Shown piece after piece: positions 1 through 8,208 of a stretch of 10,461 nt of DNA. This DNA comes from Chthoniobacteraceae bacterium (GTDB taxonomy: Bacteria > Verrucomicrobiota > Verrucomicrobiia > Chthoniobacterales > Chthoniobacteraceae). Numbering within the stretch: position 1 is the stretch's first letter; each line of letters starts with the position of its first letter. Below the pieces are notes generated by a model, which saw nothing but the letters and a program-made list of their open reading frames with translations, searched no databases and was not told the origin of the DNA. The position numbers and the translations under genes are program-made. Where the stretch lies: contig JANNXQ010000190.1 of assembly GCA_031409655.1 (NCBI GenBank), positions 1 to 10,461 on the forward strand. Direction: 5' to 3'.

Positions 1-703
1 CCTGCTTGCGCGCCAGCGCCGCGGCGGCGGCGATGCGCTGCGGCGAGGCCAGTTGCGAGCTGCCTTTGGTCGAGAAGCTGAGCAGGGCGATGCGCGGTTT
101 ATTGCCGGTGATCTGCCGGCAGACGCGACCGGTCTGCACGGCGATGGTGGCGAGCTGCTCCACGGTGGGCTCGGGGATGACGGCGCAGTCGCCGAAGAGC
201 ATGACGCCGCGCTCGCCGTAGCGCTTGTTGGAAAGGTCGAGCATCATGCAACTGGAGATGCTCTTGCCGACGGTCTCGGGCTTGATGAGCTGGATGAGCG
301 GGCGCAGCGCGCTGCTGGCCGTCTCGCGCGCCCCGGTCACGAGGCCATCGGCCTGCCCGTACTGGACCATCATGGCGCCGAAATAGTCCGGGCGGACGAT
401 GAGGTCGCGGGCCTGCTTCGGACCGAGGTCGTGGTAGCGCTTCAGCTTCTCCAGGCGCTTGATGAAAATCGGGAGATCGGAGGCAGTCGCCGGATCGATG
501 ACCCCGACGTGATCGAGGCTCACGCCTTCCGCCACCGCGACCTTTTCGATCGCGTCCTTCGTGCCGAGGACGACGGGTGCGCCCAGCTTCAGTTTGACGA
601 AACGCGCCGCCGCCCGGAGCACCCGGGGCTCCGTTCCTTCGGGAAAGACGATCCGCTTGGGGTGCCGCTTCAGTTTCTGAAAAACGGACTCGATGAAGTT
701 CAT
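1..703 (-). CDS. pta: Phosphate acetyltransferase (PTA_PTB family), 5' part; continues beyond the left edge
   Basis: Manual translation from the ATG at 703 (CAT at 701-703) gives MNFIESVFQKLKRHPKRIVFPEGTEPRVLRAA...DYFGAMMVQYGQADGLVTGA...LFGDCAVIPEPTVEQLATIA...KPRIALLSFSTKGS, with no stop before the window edge. The RIVFPEG, ADGLV.GA, DCAV.P.P and LSFSTKGS motifs are typical of Pta. Confidence 0.92.
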   Translation of the reverse strand, partial: MNFIESVFQKLKRHPKRIVFPEGTEPRVLRAAARFVKLKLGAPVVLGTKDAIEKVAVAEGVSLDHVGVIDPATASDLPIFIKRLEKLKRYHDLGPKQARDLIVRPDYFGAMMVQYGQADGLVTGARETASSALRPLIQLIKPETVGKSISSCMMLDLSNKRYGERGVMLFGDCAVIPEPTVEQLATIAVQTGRVCRQITGNKPRIALLSFSTKGSSQLASPQRIAAAAALARKQ

Positions 704-711
704 GCCCGCGG

Positions 712-740
712 AGTTTCGAGGCGGGTCGGGCGGGTGTCCA
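712..740 (-). promoter_or_regulatory. Putative sigma70-like promoter of pta
   Basis: Minus strand reads TGGACA (740-735), 17 nt, GAAACT (717-712), ending 8 nt before the ATG. Pattern match only. Confidence 0.35.
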
Positions 741-773
741 GTCCGCGATTTGGCGGAGTGTGGGGAGCGCCCG

Positions 774-911
<138 letters not shown>

Positions 912-986
912 GAGGGAGCGGCCGTGCTTCCGCTTGCCGCAAGCTGACGGCGGCGTTACAAATCCCGCCCATTTCCCAAACGACCC

Positions 987-2225
987 ATGGCCTTTCTCAA
1001 CGACAACTATCTCAAGCTCAAAGCCGGTTACCTTTTCCCCGAGATCGGTCGGCGGGTGAAGGCCTTCAATGACGGGCATCCGGATGCGGCGAAGCGCCTG
1101 ATCCGGTGCGGCATCGGCGATGTCACCGAGCCCTTGCCCCCCGCGGTGACCGCGGCGATGCACCAGGCGGTGGACGAAATGGCCACGCGCGAGGGCTTCC
1201 ATGGCTACGGCCCGGAGCAGGGCTACGAGTGGCTGCGGCACGCCATCGCGGAGAATGACTATCGCGCGCACGGACTCGAAGTCGCGGATGACGAGGTCTT
1301 CGTCTCCGATGGCTCAAAGTGCGACTGCGGGAACATCCTCGACATCCTCGGCAGCCAGAACCGGATCGCGATCACGGACCCGGTGTACCCAGTCTATGTC
1401 GATACGAACGTGATGGCGGGCCATACCGGCGAAGCCGACGCGAGCGGCGCCTACGGGGGCCTCATCTACCTGAAATGCACGGCGGAAAATGGCTTCGTGG
1501 CCGCGCCGCCGCAGGAGCACGCGGACGTCATCTACCTCTGCTTTCCGAACAATCCCACGGGCGCCGTCGCCACCCGCGCGCAGCTCGAAGCCTGGGTCGC
1601 CTACGCCCGCGAGCATCGCTCGGTGATCCTCTACGATGCGGCTTACGAGGCCTACATCAGCGATCCGGCGGTGCCGCATTCCATCTACGAAATCCCCGGC
1701 GCGCGCGAGTGTGCGATCGAGTTCCGCAGCTTCTCGAAGAATGGCGGCTTCACCGGGACGCGGTGCGCCTTCATCGTCGTGCCGAAGACGCTCCTGGCTG
1801 CGACGAGCGCCGGCGAGTATCAGCCACTGCATCCGCTTTGGTCCCGCCGGCACACGACGAAGTTCAACGGCGTCTCCTACATCGTCCAGCGCGGCGCCGA
1901 GGCGCTCTATTCCGCCGAAGGCAAAGCACAAGTGGCCGCACTGATCGCGCACTACATGGGCAACGCGAAGATCCTGCGGGAGGCGGCGGAAAAGGTCGGC
2001 CTGCGCGTCTATGGCGGCGTGAATGCGCCGTACATCTGGGTCTCCACTCCGGCGGGGACGACGAGCTGGCAGATGTTTGATCGCATGCTGAATGAGGCGA
2101 ATGTCGTGATCACGCCGGGCAGCGGCTTCGGCGCGATGGGCGAGGGCTACTTCCGCATCAGTGCCTTCAATACCCGCGCGAACGCCGAGGAGGTCGCTCG
2201 GCGCATGCAGGCGATCAAGTGGTAG
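987..2225 (+). CDS. dapL: LL-diaminopimelate aminotransferase
   Basis: 412 aa with the DapL motifs [68 protein letters not shown] (PLP lysine) and [16 protein letters not shown]. Confidence 0.97.
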   Translation: MAFLNDNYLKLKAGYLFPEIGRRVKAFNDGHPDAAKRLIRCGIGDVTEPLPPAVTAAMHQAVDEMATREGFHGYGPEQGYEWLRHAIAENDYRAHGLEVADDEVFVSDGSKCDCGNILDILGSQNRIAITDPVYPVYVDTNVMAGHTGEADASGAYGGLIYLKCTAENGFVAAPPQEHADVIYLCFPNNPTGAVATRAQLEAWVAYAREHRSVILYDAAYEAYISDPAVPHSIYEIPGARECAIEFRSFSKNGGFTGTRCAFIVVPKTLLAATSAGEYQPLHPLWSRRHTTKFNGVSYIVQRGAEALYSAEGKAQVAALIAHYMGNAKILREAAEKVGLRVYGGVNAPYIWVSTPAGTTSWQMFDRMLNEANVVITPGSGFGAMGEGYFRISAFNTRANAEEVARRMQAIKW

Positions 2226-2241
2226 CAGGGTAGCGCTGCCG

Positions 2242-2577
2242 ATGAAGACGTTCGGGCTCATCGTCGCGGGTTTGCTCGCGGTCGCGCTGCTCGTCTTCCT
2301 TTTCGCCCGCTGGGCGCTCGCGCAACGCCGCCGCCACCTCATCGAGCGCTACTACGATCCCAGCATCGCGGATCGCATCATGAAGGGCATGTATTGGCGC
2401 GGGCAGACGGCGGACCAACTCCGGGACGCGATCGGCAAGCCGGCGGACATCGATCAGACGGTTCTCAAGACGAAGGTTAAGGAAATTTGGAAATATCAGC
2501 CGTCCGGGAAGCGGCGGTATGGGCTGAAGATCACGCTGGATGATGGGGTGGTGATCGGGTGGGAAGACAAGGGGTGA
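2242..2577 (+). CDS. Small membrane-anchored protein, probable SmpA/OmlA(BamE)-like or DUF2845-like fold
   Basis: ATG at 2242, 16 nt after the dapL stop; 111 aa. N-terminal hydrophobic helix (FGLIVAGLLAVALLVFLFA), then the pattern GQT.DQL..AIGKP...EIWKY...L.ITLDDGVV.GW, which resembles BamE-like domains. Confidence 0.75.
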   Translation: MKTFGLIVAGLLAVALLVFLFARWALAQRRRHLIERYYDPSIADRIMKGMYWRGQTADQLRDAIGKPADIDQTVLKTKVKEIWKYQPSGKRRYGLKITLDDGVVIGWEDKG

Positions 2578-2588
2578 GGCGGGCGGGG

Positions 2589-2697
2589 AGGAACGCCAAA
2601 CTTTAAACTTTAAACGTCAAACGCCAAACGAGTCAGCCTGCGGAGCGGGAGCACGTTTGGCGTTTAGCGTTTGAAGTTTGGCGTTTGAAGTTTTCCT
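2589..2697. repeat. Inverted (palindromic) array of heptamer tandem repeats AAAC(GC/TT)Y
   Basis: Left arm 2591-2630 is GAACGCC AAACTTT AAACTTT AAACGTC AAACGCC AAACG. A 23-nt spacer follows (2631-2653). Right arm 2654-2693 is CGTTT GGCGTTT AGCGTTT GAAGTTT GGCGTTT GAAGTTT. The element is closed by AGGAA/TTCCT. Confidence 0.92.
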
Positions 2698-2793
2698 GGC
2701 CCGGCACTCCAGAAACTCGAAGAAGAGCCAACTTATCCCTCACCGCGGATTTGGTTTGCCCGCTGGGACGCGAGACCTCTTACTCCGCCGCGC

Positions 2794-5700
2794 ATGGTCA
2801 CAGCGCGCTCCATCCTCATGGGCGTCGGCCTGATGGTTGCGCTGGATCTCCCCGTCCTTGCGGAGGAACGCGCACCTCAAGCTGCCGCCGTCGTCATCGA
2901 ACGGGAAAACTTCGTCGAGATGCAGCCGCGCGGTCAGGCGTGGAAAAACGCGGGAGTCGGCGCGGCCCTTGCGGAGGGGGGCAAACTGCGCACCGGCGAG
3001 TTCAGCCGCGCGACGGTGCAACTTACCGACCGCAGCGTCCTGCGCCTCGATGAACTGACGACCATCCAGATTTCGTCCATCTTCGGGTCGGGCAAGACGC
3101 TCGAGGTGAAAGCTGGCGGTCTCTTTTTCCACAACCGCGACAAGCCGCAACAGACCGAGATCCGCACCGCTGCCGCGAATGGGGCGATCAAGGGGACGGA
3201 GTTTGCGCTGCGCGTCGCGGCGGATGGGAAGACGACGTTCTCGATGTTCGAAGGCGAAGTGGAACTGAGCAATGCGCGAGGCCGCGTGCTGCTGCGCAGT
3301 GGTGAGCAGGGTGAAGCCGAAGTCGGCCGGGCACCGCGCAAGACGGCGATGATCGAGGCCACGAATGTCCTCCAGTGGTGCCTCTACTATCCCGCAGTGC
3401 TCGATCCCGCGGAACTCAGCGTCCCCGAATCGCGCGCCCTCGCCGCCTACCGGGCCGGCGATCTGCCGGGTGCGCTGACGGCTCACTCCACCCGGCCCGG
3501 GAAATCTCTCGACGAGCGACTCTTTTGGGCTGCGGTCATCCTCTCCGTCGGCCAGGTGGAGAAGGCGAGAACCGTGCTGAAAGGGGTTCCCCCTGGCGAT
3601 GCCCGACGCCGCGCCCTCGAACGCATGATCGCTGCCGTGCAGTTCCGCGCTTTCCCCAGCGAAGAGGAACCCGGCACGGCCAGCGAGTGGCTGGCGCAGT
3701 CCTACTACCAGCAGTCGCGCGGCGACCTCGAAGGCGCGCTGACCGCCGCGCGCAACTCGGTGGAGCTCTCGCCAGACTTTGGCTTCGCCTGGACTCGCGT
3801 CGCAGAACTCGAGTTTTCCTTTGGCCGGACCCGGCAGGCGATGCAGCGGAACGAACGCGGTCTCGAACTCACGCCCAGAAACGCCCAGGCGCACGCCCTG
3901 CAAGGCTTCCTGCTGAGCGGGGAAAACCGTACTGGCGCCGCGCGCCGTTCCTTCGACGAAGCGATCGCCCTCGACGGCGCGCTCGGCAATGCGTGGCTCG
4001 GACGCGGCCTCACGGCAATCCGCCAGGGGCGGGAGGAGGAAGGCCGCCGCGATCTGCAAGCCGCGGCCGCGCTGGAGCCGAATCGCTCGATCTTGCGCAG
4101 CTATCTCGGCAAGGCCTTCAGCGAAGTGGGCAGCGACGACAAGGCGAACCTCGAGTTTGACCGGGCGAAGGAAATCGACCCGGCGGACCCGACGCCGTGG
4201 CTTTACTCGGCGATCCAGCGCAAGCAGGAGAACCGCTACAATGAAGCCATCGCCGATCTGGAGCGATCCATCGCGCTGAACGACAACCGCGGCGTCTTTC
4301 GCTCGCGCTTCCTGCTCGACCAGGATCTCGCGGTGCGCGGTGCCAACCTCGCGGCCATCTACCAGAACAACGGCTTCACCGAGCAGAGCGTGCGGGAAGC
4401 GGTGCGGGCCGTGGGGCACGACTATGCCAGCGCCTCCGCGCACCTTTTCCTCGCCGACAGCTACGATGCCCTGCGCGATCCCGCGCGCGTGCTCCTCCGC
4501 TACGAGACGGCTTGGTTCAATGAACGGCTCCTCGCCAATCTGCTCTCCCCCGTGGGCAGTGGGCCGCTCTCCCAATTCGTCTCGCAACAGGAGTACTCCA
4601 AGCTCTTCGCCAAAGACGGCTTCGGGATCGCATCCACCACCGAGTATTTCAGCAACGGGGAATGGCGGGAGACGGGCTCGCAGTTTGGAACCTTTGGCAA
4701 TGTGAGCTACGCGCTCGACGCCGAGTATCGCTACAACGACGGCCTGCGCCCGAACAACAGCCTGTCCCGGCTCGAAACCTACGCGACCTTCAAGCTCCAG
4801 CTCAGCCCCCAGGACACCGTCTTTTTTCAGACGAAATATGGCGACCTACTGACGGGCGATGTCTTCCCGCAATACGACCCCCGGAACGTGGAGCGGACCA
4901 TCGAGGTGGGCGCCGACGGGCGGAAGATCAAGACGCCGAACACCGCCGCACTCACCCAAGACTTCCGCGAGACCCAGGATCCCGCGCTGCTCCTGCTCGG
5001 CTGGCGCCACGAGTGGAGCCCGGGCAATCACACCCTGCTGCTGCTCGGACGACTGGCCAATGAACAGGAACAGCGCAACCAGGACACCTCGCGCACGGTG
5101 GTCTTCCGCGACGTCACGCTCCAGGCACCGCCCGGCATCGATGTGGAAATCGACTCCACGGTGGCGCGCGATGCCGCCCTGTTTTCGCTGCTCGACGGGC
5201 TCACCGGGCAGGGCGAGATCCTGCGCCTCGGCGAGGCCAGTTTCGATCTCGAGTACCGATCGAGCTTTGAGACCTACAGCGGCGAACTGCAGCAGATCTT
5301 CACGCTCGGCCCGAGCACGGTGATCCTCGGCGGGCGCTATCAGCGCGGCGATTTCGAGACGCGCGTGCGCCTCACCGATCACAACAACAATCAATCCCCT
5401 GAAGAGGCCATCCTCTTCCGCGATCCGCCGGCAAAGCAGGACTTCGACGTCGATTTCGAGCGCACCAGCCTCTACCTCTATGACGTCTGGGAAGTGACGC
5501 CGTGGCTCAGCCTGACCGGCGGCGTGAGCTGGGATCGGGTCGAGTATCCGGAGAATTTTCGGAGCCCGCCGGTCAATGGTCGCCAGACTTCGCTCGACAA
5601 GGTTTCCCCCAAAGTCGGCCTCGTCCTCCAGCCCTGGCGCGGCGCGACCCTCCGCGGCGCGTATGCCGAAGCGATCAGCGGGGCGAGCTTCGACGAGAGC

Positions 5701-6519
5701 ATCCGCCTCGAGCCGACGCAGGTCGCGGGCTTCCTCCAGTCCTATCGCACGCTGGCTTCGGAATCGCTCGCTGGCTCGGTCGCGGGGAGCGAGTACCGCT
5801 TCTCGGGCTGGAGCGTGGAGCAGAAGCTGCCGAGCCGCACCTACCTCGGCGTGGAGTTGAGCGTCCTCGAGCAGGATCTCGAACAAACCAGCGGCGTGCT
5901 GGACCTGCTGACCGCCGGCGGCATCGGCCTCGGCGTCCTGCCATCTTCCCTTTCGGAGCGCGTCAGCTATCGCGAGGAGGCGATCACGGCGACGATCAAT
6001 CAGCTCGTCGGCGACCGTTGGGCCGTGGGCGCGCGCTATCGCTACATCCACTCGGAGTTCGATCGCGAAAGTCCCGCCCTCACCGCCGCGGCCAAACGGA
6101 CGGTGGATCTTTCGGCCATCGACGGCCTGGCCAAGACCGCCCATCGCCACCTGGAATCAGGGCTTCATTCCCTGAGCCTCTCCGCGCTCTACAATCACCC
6201 CAGCGGCTTCTTCGCCCGCGCCGAAGCGAACTGGTATCGCCAGGAAAACGACGACCTCATCACCACCAGCAGCGCGAGCGCGCCCGATGCAACGGGCCAG
6301 AGCACGCGCACCTTCAAAAGCCGCAATGAAGGCCTGCCCGGCGAAGATTTCTGGCAGCTCAATGTGCTCGCCGGGTACCGTTTCCATCGCAACCAGTGTG
6401 AAGTAAGTTGCGGGCTGCTCAACGTCACCGGCGCGGATTACCTCGTCAATCCACTCAACCCTTACAACGAACTCGTGCGCGATCGAACCCTGGTCGTCCG
6501 TTGCAAGTTCCAGTTCTGA
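2794..6519 (+). CDS. FecR-domain / TPR / TonB-receptor-like outer-membrane beta-barrel protein (NsrA-type architecture)
   Basis: 1241 aa. Signal peptide (..LPVLA|EE); FecR-like domain (LRTGEFSRATVQLTDRSVLRLDELT...IRTAAANGAIKGTEF..V..DGKT..SMFEGEVEL); several TPRs (A.NSVELSPDFGFAW, GLELTPRNAQAH, AIALDGALGNAW, AAALEPNRS, AKEIDPADPTPW); a C-terminal half of amphipathic beta-strands (YLYDVWEVTPWLSLTGGVSWD, SPKVGLVLQPW..TLRGAY, LNVLAGYRF) ending in a terminal Phe. Confidence 0.88.
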   Translation: MVTARSILMGVGLMVALDLPVLAEERAPQAAAVVIERENFVEMQPRGQAWKNAGVGAALAEGGKLRTGEFSRATVQLTDRSVLRLDELTTIQISSIFGSGKTLEVKAGGLFFHNRDKPQQTEIRTAAANGAIKGTEFALRVAADGKTTFSMFEGEVELSNARGRVLLRSGEQGEAEVGRAPRKTAMIEATNVLQWCLYYPAVLDPAELSVPESRALAAYRAGDLPGALTAHSTRPGKSLDERLFWAAVILSVGQVEKARTVLKGVPPGDARRRALERMIAAVQFRAFPSEEEPGTASEWLAQSYYQQSRGDLEGALTAARNSVELSPDFGFAWTRVAELEFSFGRTRQAMQRNERGLELTPRNAQAHALQGFLLSGENRTGAARRSFDEAIALDGALGNAWLGRGLTAIRQGREEEGRRDLQAAAALEPNRSILRSYLGKAFSEVGSDDKANLEFDRAKEIDPADPTPWLYSAIQRKQENRYNEAIADLERSIALNDNRGVFRSRFLLDQDLAVRGANLAAIYQNNGFTEQSVREAVRAVGHDYASASAHLFLADSYDALRDPARVLLRYETAWFNERLLANLLSPVGSGPLSQFVSQQEYSKLFAKDGFGIASTTEYFSNGEWRETGSQFGTFGNVSYALDAEYRYNDGLRPNNSLSRLETYATFKLQLSPQDTVFFQTKYGDLLTGDVFPQYDPRNVERTIEVGADGRKIKTPNTAALTQDFRETQDPALLLLGWRHEWSPGNHTLLLLGRLANEQEQRNQDTSRTVVFRDVTLQAPPGIDVEIDSTVARDAALFSLLDGLTGQGEILRLGEASFDLEYRSSFETYSGELQQIFTLGPSTVILGGRYQRGDFETRVRLTDHNNNQSPEEAILFRDPPAKQDFDVDFERTSLYLYDVWEVTPWLSLTGGVSWDRVEYPENFRSPPVNGRQTSLDKVSPKVGLVLQPWRGATLRGAYAEAISGASFDESIRLEPTQVAGFLQSYRTLASESLAGSVAGSEYRFSGWSVEQKLPSRTYLGVELSVLEQDLEQTSGVLDLLTAGGIGLGVLPSSLSERVSYREEAITATINQLVGDRWAVGARYRYIHSEFDRESPALTAAAKRTVDLSAIDGLAKTAHRHLESGLHSLSLSALYNHPSGFFARAEANWYRQENDDLITTSSASAPDATGQSTRTFKSRNEGLPGEDFWQLNVLAGYRFHRNQCEVSCGLLNVTGADYLVNPLNPYNELVRDRTLVVRCKFQF

Positions 6520-6766
6520 GCGAAACTGAGGCAGTGGGGGATAGATTTTAGGAAAGATCGCTGGGCTGCCGCGTTCAATTTGCGATGACGCCTGCATCCG
6601 ACCCTCACAAACAGAGGGCAGCGCATACTCGAAATTTTCGTCCTCTCGCGGATCGCTCCTCGCGATTTCATCCACCCCTTTCACCCGCATCGGATCGCGT
6701 GCCACCGATTGTGTGACCCGAAAACAAAAGGCGCGCACCAAAAACAAAATCGAAAGAACCAAACCC

Positions 6767-7057
6767 ATGAACGGAGGCGTAGTAACCCCACTCGGCACTT
6801 CAAATCCTGGCGGTCTGCTGGGCAAGATTCTCGTCGTTTACAAGACGGCGGCGGATGCCACCCACACGACGACCTGGAAACTCGATGGCGGCAGCACTCG
6901 GAGTGTCCAATCCAAACCCGGCACGCCGGTCTCAAACGTCGCAGTCGGCGCGCACACGGTCACTTTCACCGCGCCCGCAGGCGACACCAATCCGCCGACG
7001 CAGAACTTTAGTGTGGTGGCCGGCCAGCAGAAGACGCTCGAGGTCTACTACTCGTAA
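6767..7057 (+). CDS. Small stand-alone PEGA-like beta-sandwich protein (96 aa)
   Basis: ATG at 6767 follows an A/C-rich leader (CAAAAACAAAATCGAAAGAACCAAACCC). The sequence GKILVVY...WKLDGG...SNVAVGAHTVTFTAPAG..P.TQNFSVVAGQQKTLEVYY fits the PEGA-type pattern (G.L.V, W.VDG, L..G.HTV.F, V.V.AGQ...L). A hairpin follows the stop. Confidence 0.72.
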   Translation: MNGGVVTPLGTSNPGGLLGKILVVYKTAADATHTTTWKLDGGSTRSVQSKPGTPVSNVAVGAHTVTFTAPAGDTNPPTQNFSVVAGQQKTLEVYYS

Positions 7058-7090
7058 GTCGGACCGGTCGCAGCGACCGGATATCCAGAC
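7058..7090 (+). terminator. Stem-loop directly after the small PEGA-like gene (possible terminator or 3' stabiliser)
   Basis: CCGGTCG-CAG-CGACCGG (7064-7080), extendable by GTC-GGA / TCC-A-GAC. There is no U-tract, so intrinsic termination is uncertain. Confidence 0.4.
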
Positions 7091-7129
7091 GTTCCCTCGA
7101 TCAGGGTAGTTGCCGGTGAATCTGCCGGG

Positions 7130-7158
7130 TTGCGGGTACAGCACCTGCTCCGCAAGAT
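7130..7158 (+). promoter_or_regulatory. Putative sigma70-like promoter of the luxE-like operon
   Basis: TTGCGG (7130-7135), 17 nt, CAAGAT (7153-7158), 9 nt upstream of the ATG at 7168. Pattern match only. Confidence 0.3.
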
Positions 7159-7167
7159 CATCCGCGA

Positions 7168-8208
7168 ATGAGCAAAGCCATCCCCGAATATCTCGACCTG
7201 GAGGCGACTGTGCTCGACGCCCTGCGCGACGATCTTGGCGAAGGGGAGTTTGAGCTGCTCGCGCTCACCGTGCATCGGTTTCAGGCCACGTGGAATATTC
7301 CCTACAGTCGCTGGTGCGCCGCGCGTCCGTCGCCGCGGACCTGGCGCGAGATTCCCGCGGTGCCGCAGGGCATCTTCAAGCGCTACCGGCTGAGCGTGGC
7401 GCCAGAGAAAGTGACGACGACCTTCCGCACCAGCGGCACGACGGGCGAAGGCTACGGCGAGCATCATTTCATCGATGTGCGGCTTTGCGCGGAGGCGGTG
7501 CGCCGCGGCTGGCAGTTGCTCGGACTCGGCGGTGCCCGGCTCTTCGCCCTCACCCCGTCGCCCGCGGATGCGCCGCACTCGTCGCTTTCACACATGCTCG
7601 GTGTGGTCGTCGGGCGCGGCGCTGCGGGGCGTTTTTTCGTCGCGCCGGATGGCCGCCTTGATGCTGGCGAATTGGTCTCCGCGATCGAGTCGGCGATCGG
7701 TGCACAGGAACCCATCGGCCTGCTCGGCACCGCACTCGCTTTTCTGAATCTCTTCGGTCGCATTCGCTCGCGCCGGCTGGTGCTGCCGCCGGGAAGCTTC
7801 GCGATGGAGACCGGCGGCTACAAAGGCTCGGGGCGCGAGCTCGAGAAGGCGGATCTTTACGACATGTTCCAGACCTTCCTCGGTCTCCGCCCGGATGCCG
7901 TGATCAATGAGTACGGGATGACGGAGCTGAGTTCGCAGTTCTACGCGCGCGGCCTCGGCACGCCGCACGCCGGTCCGCCGTGGCTGCGCGCGACGGTCAC
8001 CGATCCGGAGACGGGCGCTGAGGTGGAAGATGGCGCAATCGGGATTCTGCGGATCTTCGACCTTGCCAATCTCGGCTCCGTGCTCGCCATCGAAACGCAG
8101 GATCTCGCGATCCGGCGCGGCGAGCGGTTCGAGTTGATCGGGCGGGATCCCGGGGCGTTGCCGCGGGGTTGTTCCCGCATGGCGGACGAGGCGATGCAAA
8201 CGCGATGA
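7168..8208 (+). CDS. luxE: LuxE-family acyl-protein synthetase (long-chain fatty acid activating)
   Basis: 346 aa with the AMP-binding loop FRTSGTTG, METGGYKG, INEYGMTELSSQFY, IFDLANLGSVLAIETQDL, FELIGR, and C-terminal RGCS containing the acyl-accepting Cys position. Family-level call; not evidence of bioluminescence. Confidence 0.9.
   Translation: MSKAIPEYLDLEATVLDALRDDLGEGEFELLALTVHRFQATWNIPYSRWCAARPSPRTWREIPAVPQGIFKRYRLSVAPEKVTTTFRTSGTTGEGYGEHHFIDVRLCAEAVRRGWQLLGLGGARLFALTPSPADAPHSSLSHMLGVVVGRGAAGRFFVAPDGRLDAGELVSAIESAIGAQEPIGLLGTALAFLNLFGRIRSRRLVLPPGSFAMETGGYKGSGRELEKADLYDMFQTFLGLRPDAVINEYGMTELSSQFYARGLGTPHAGPPWLRATVTDPETGAEVEDGAIGILRIFDLANLGSVLAIETQDLAIRRGERFELIGRDPGALPRGCSRMADEAMQTR

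Noticed and set aside
934..963. Possible dapL promoter TTGCCG-17-TACAAA
   Set aside because: Plausible, but the -10 element lacks the conserved final T at this spacing; too weak to call.
6710..6727. CRP/Clr-like box TGTGACCCGAAAACA upstream of the small gene, attractive given the NsrA-cAMP link
   Set aside because: The TGT...ACA spacing is one base short of the 16-bp palindrome and the right half-site is poor.
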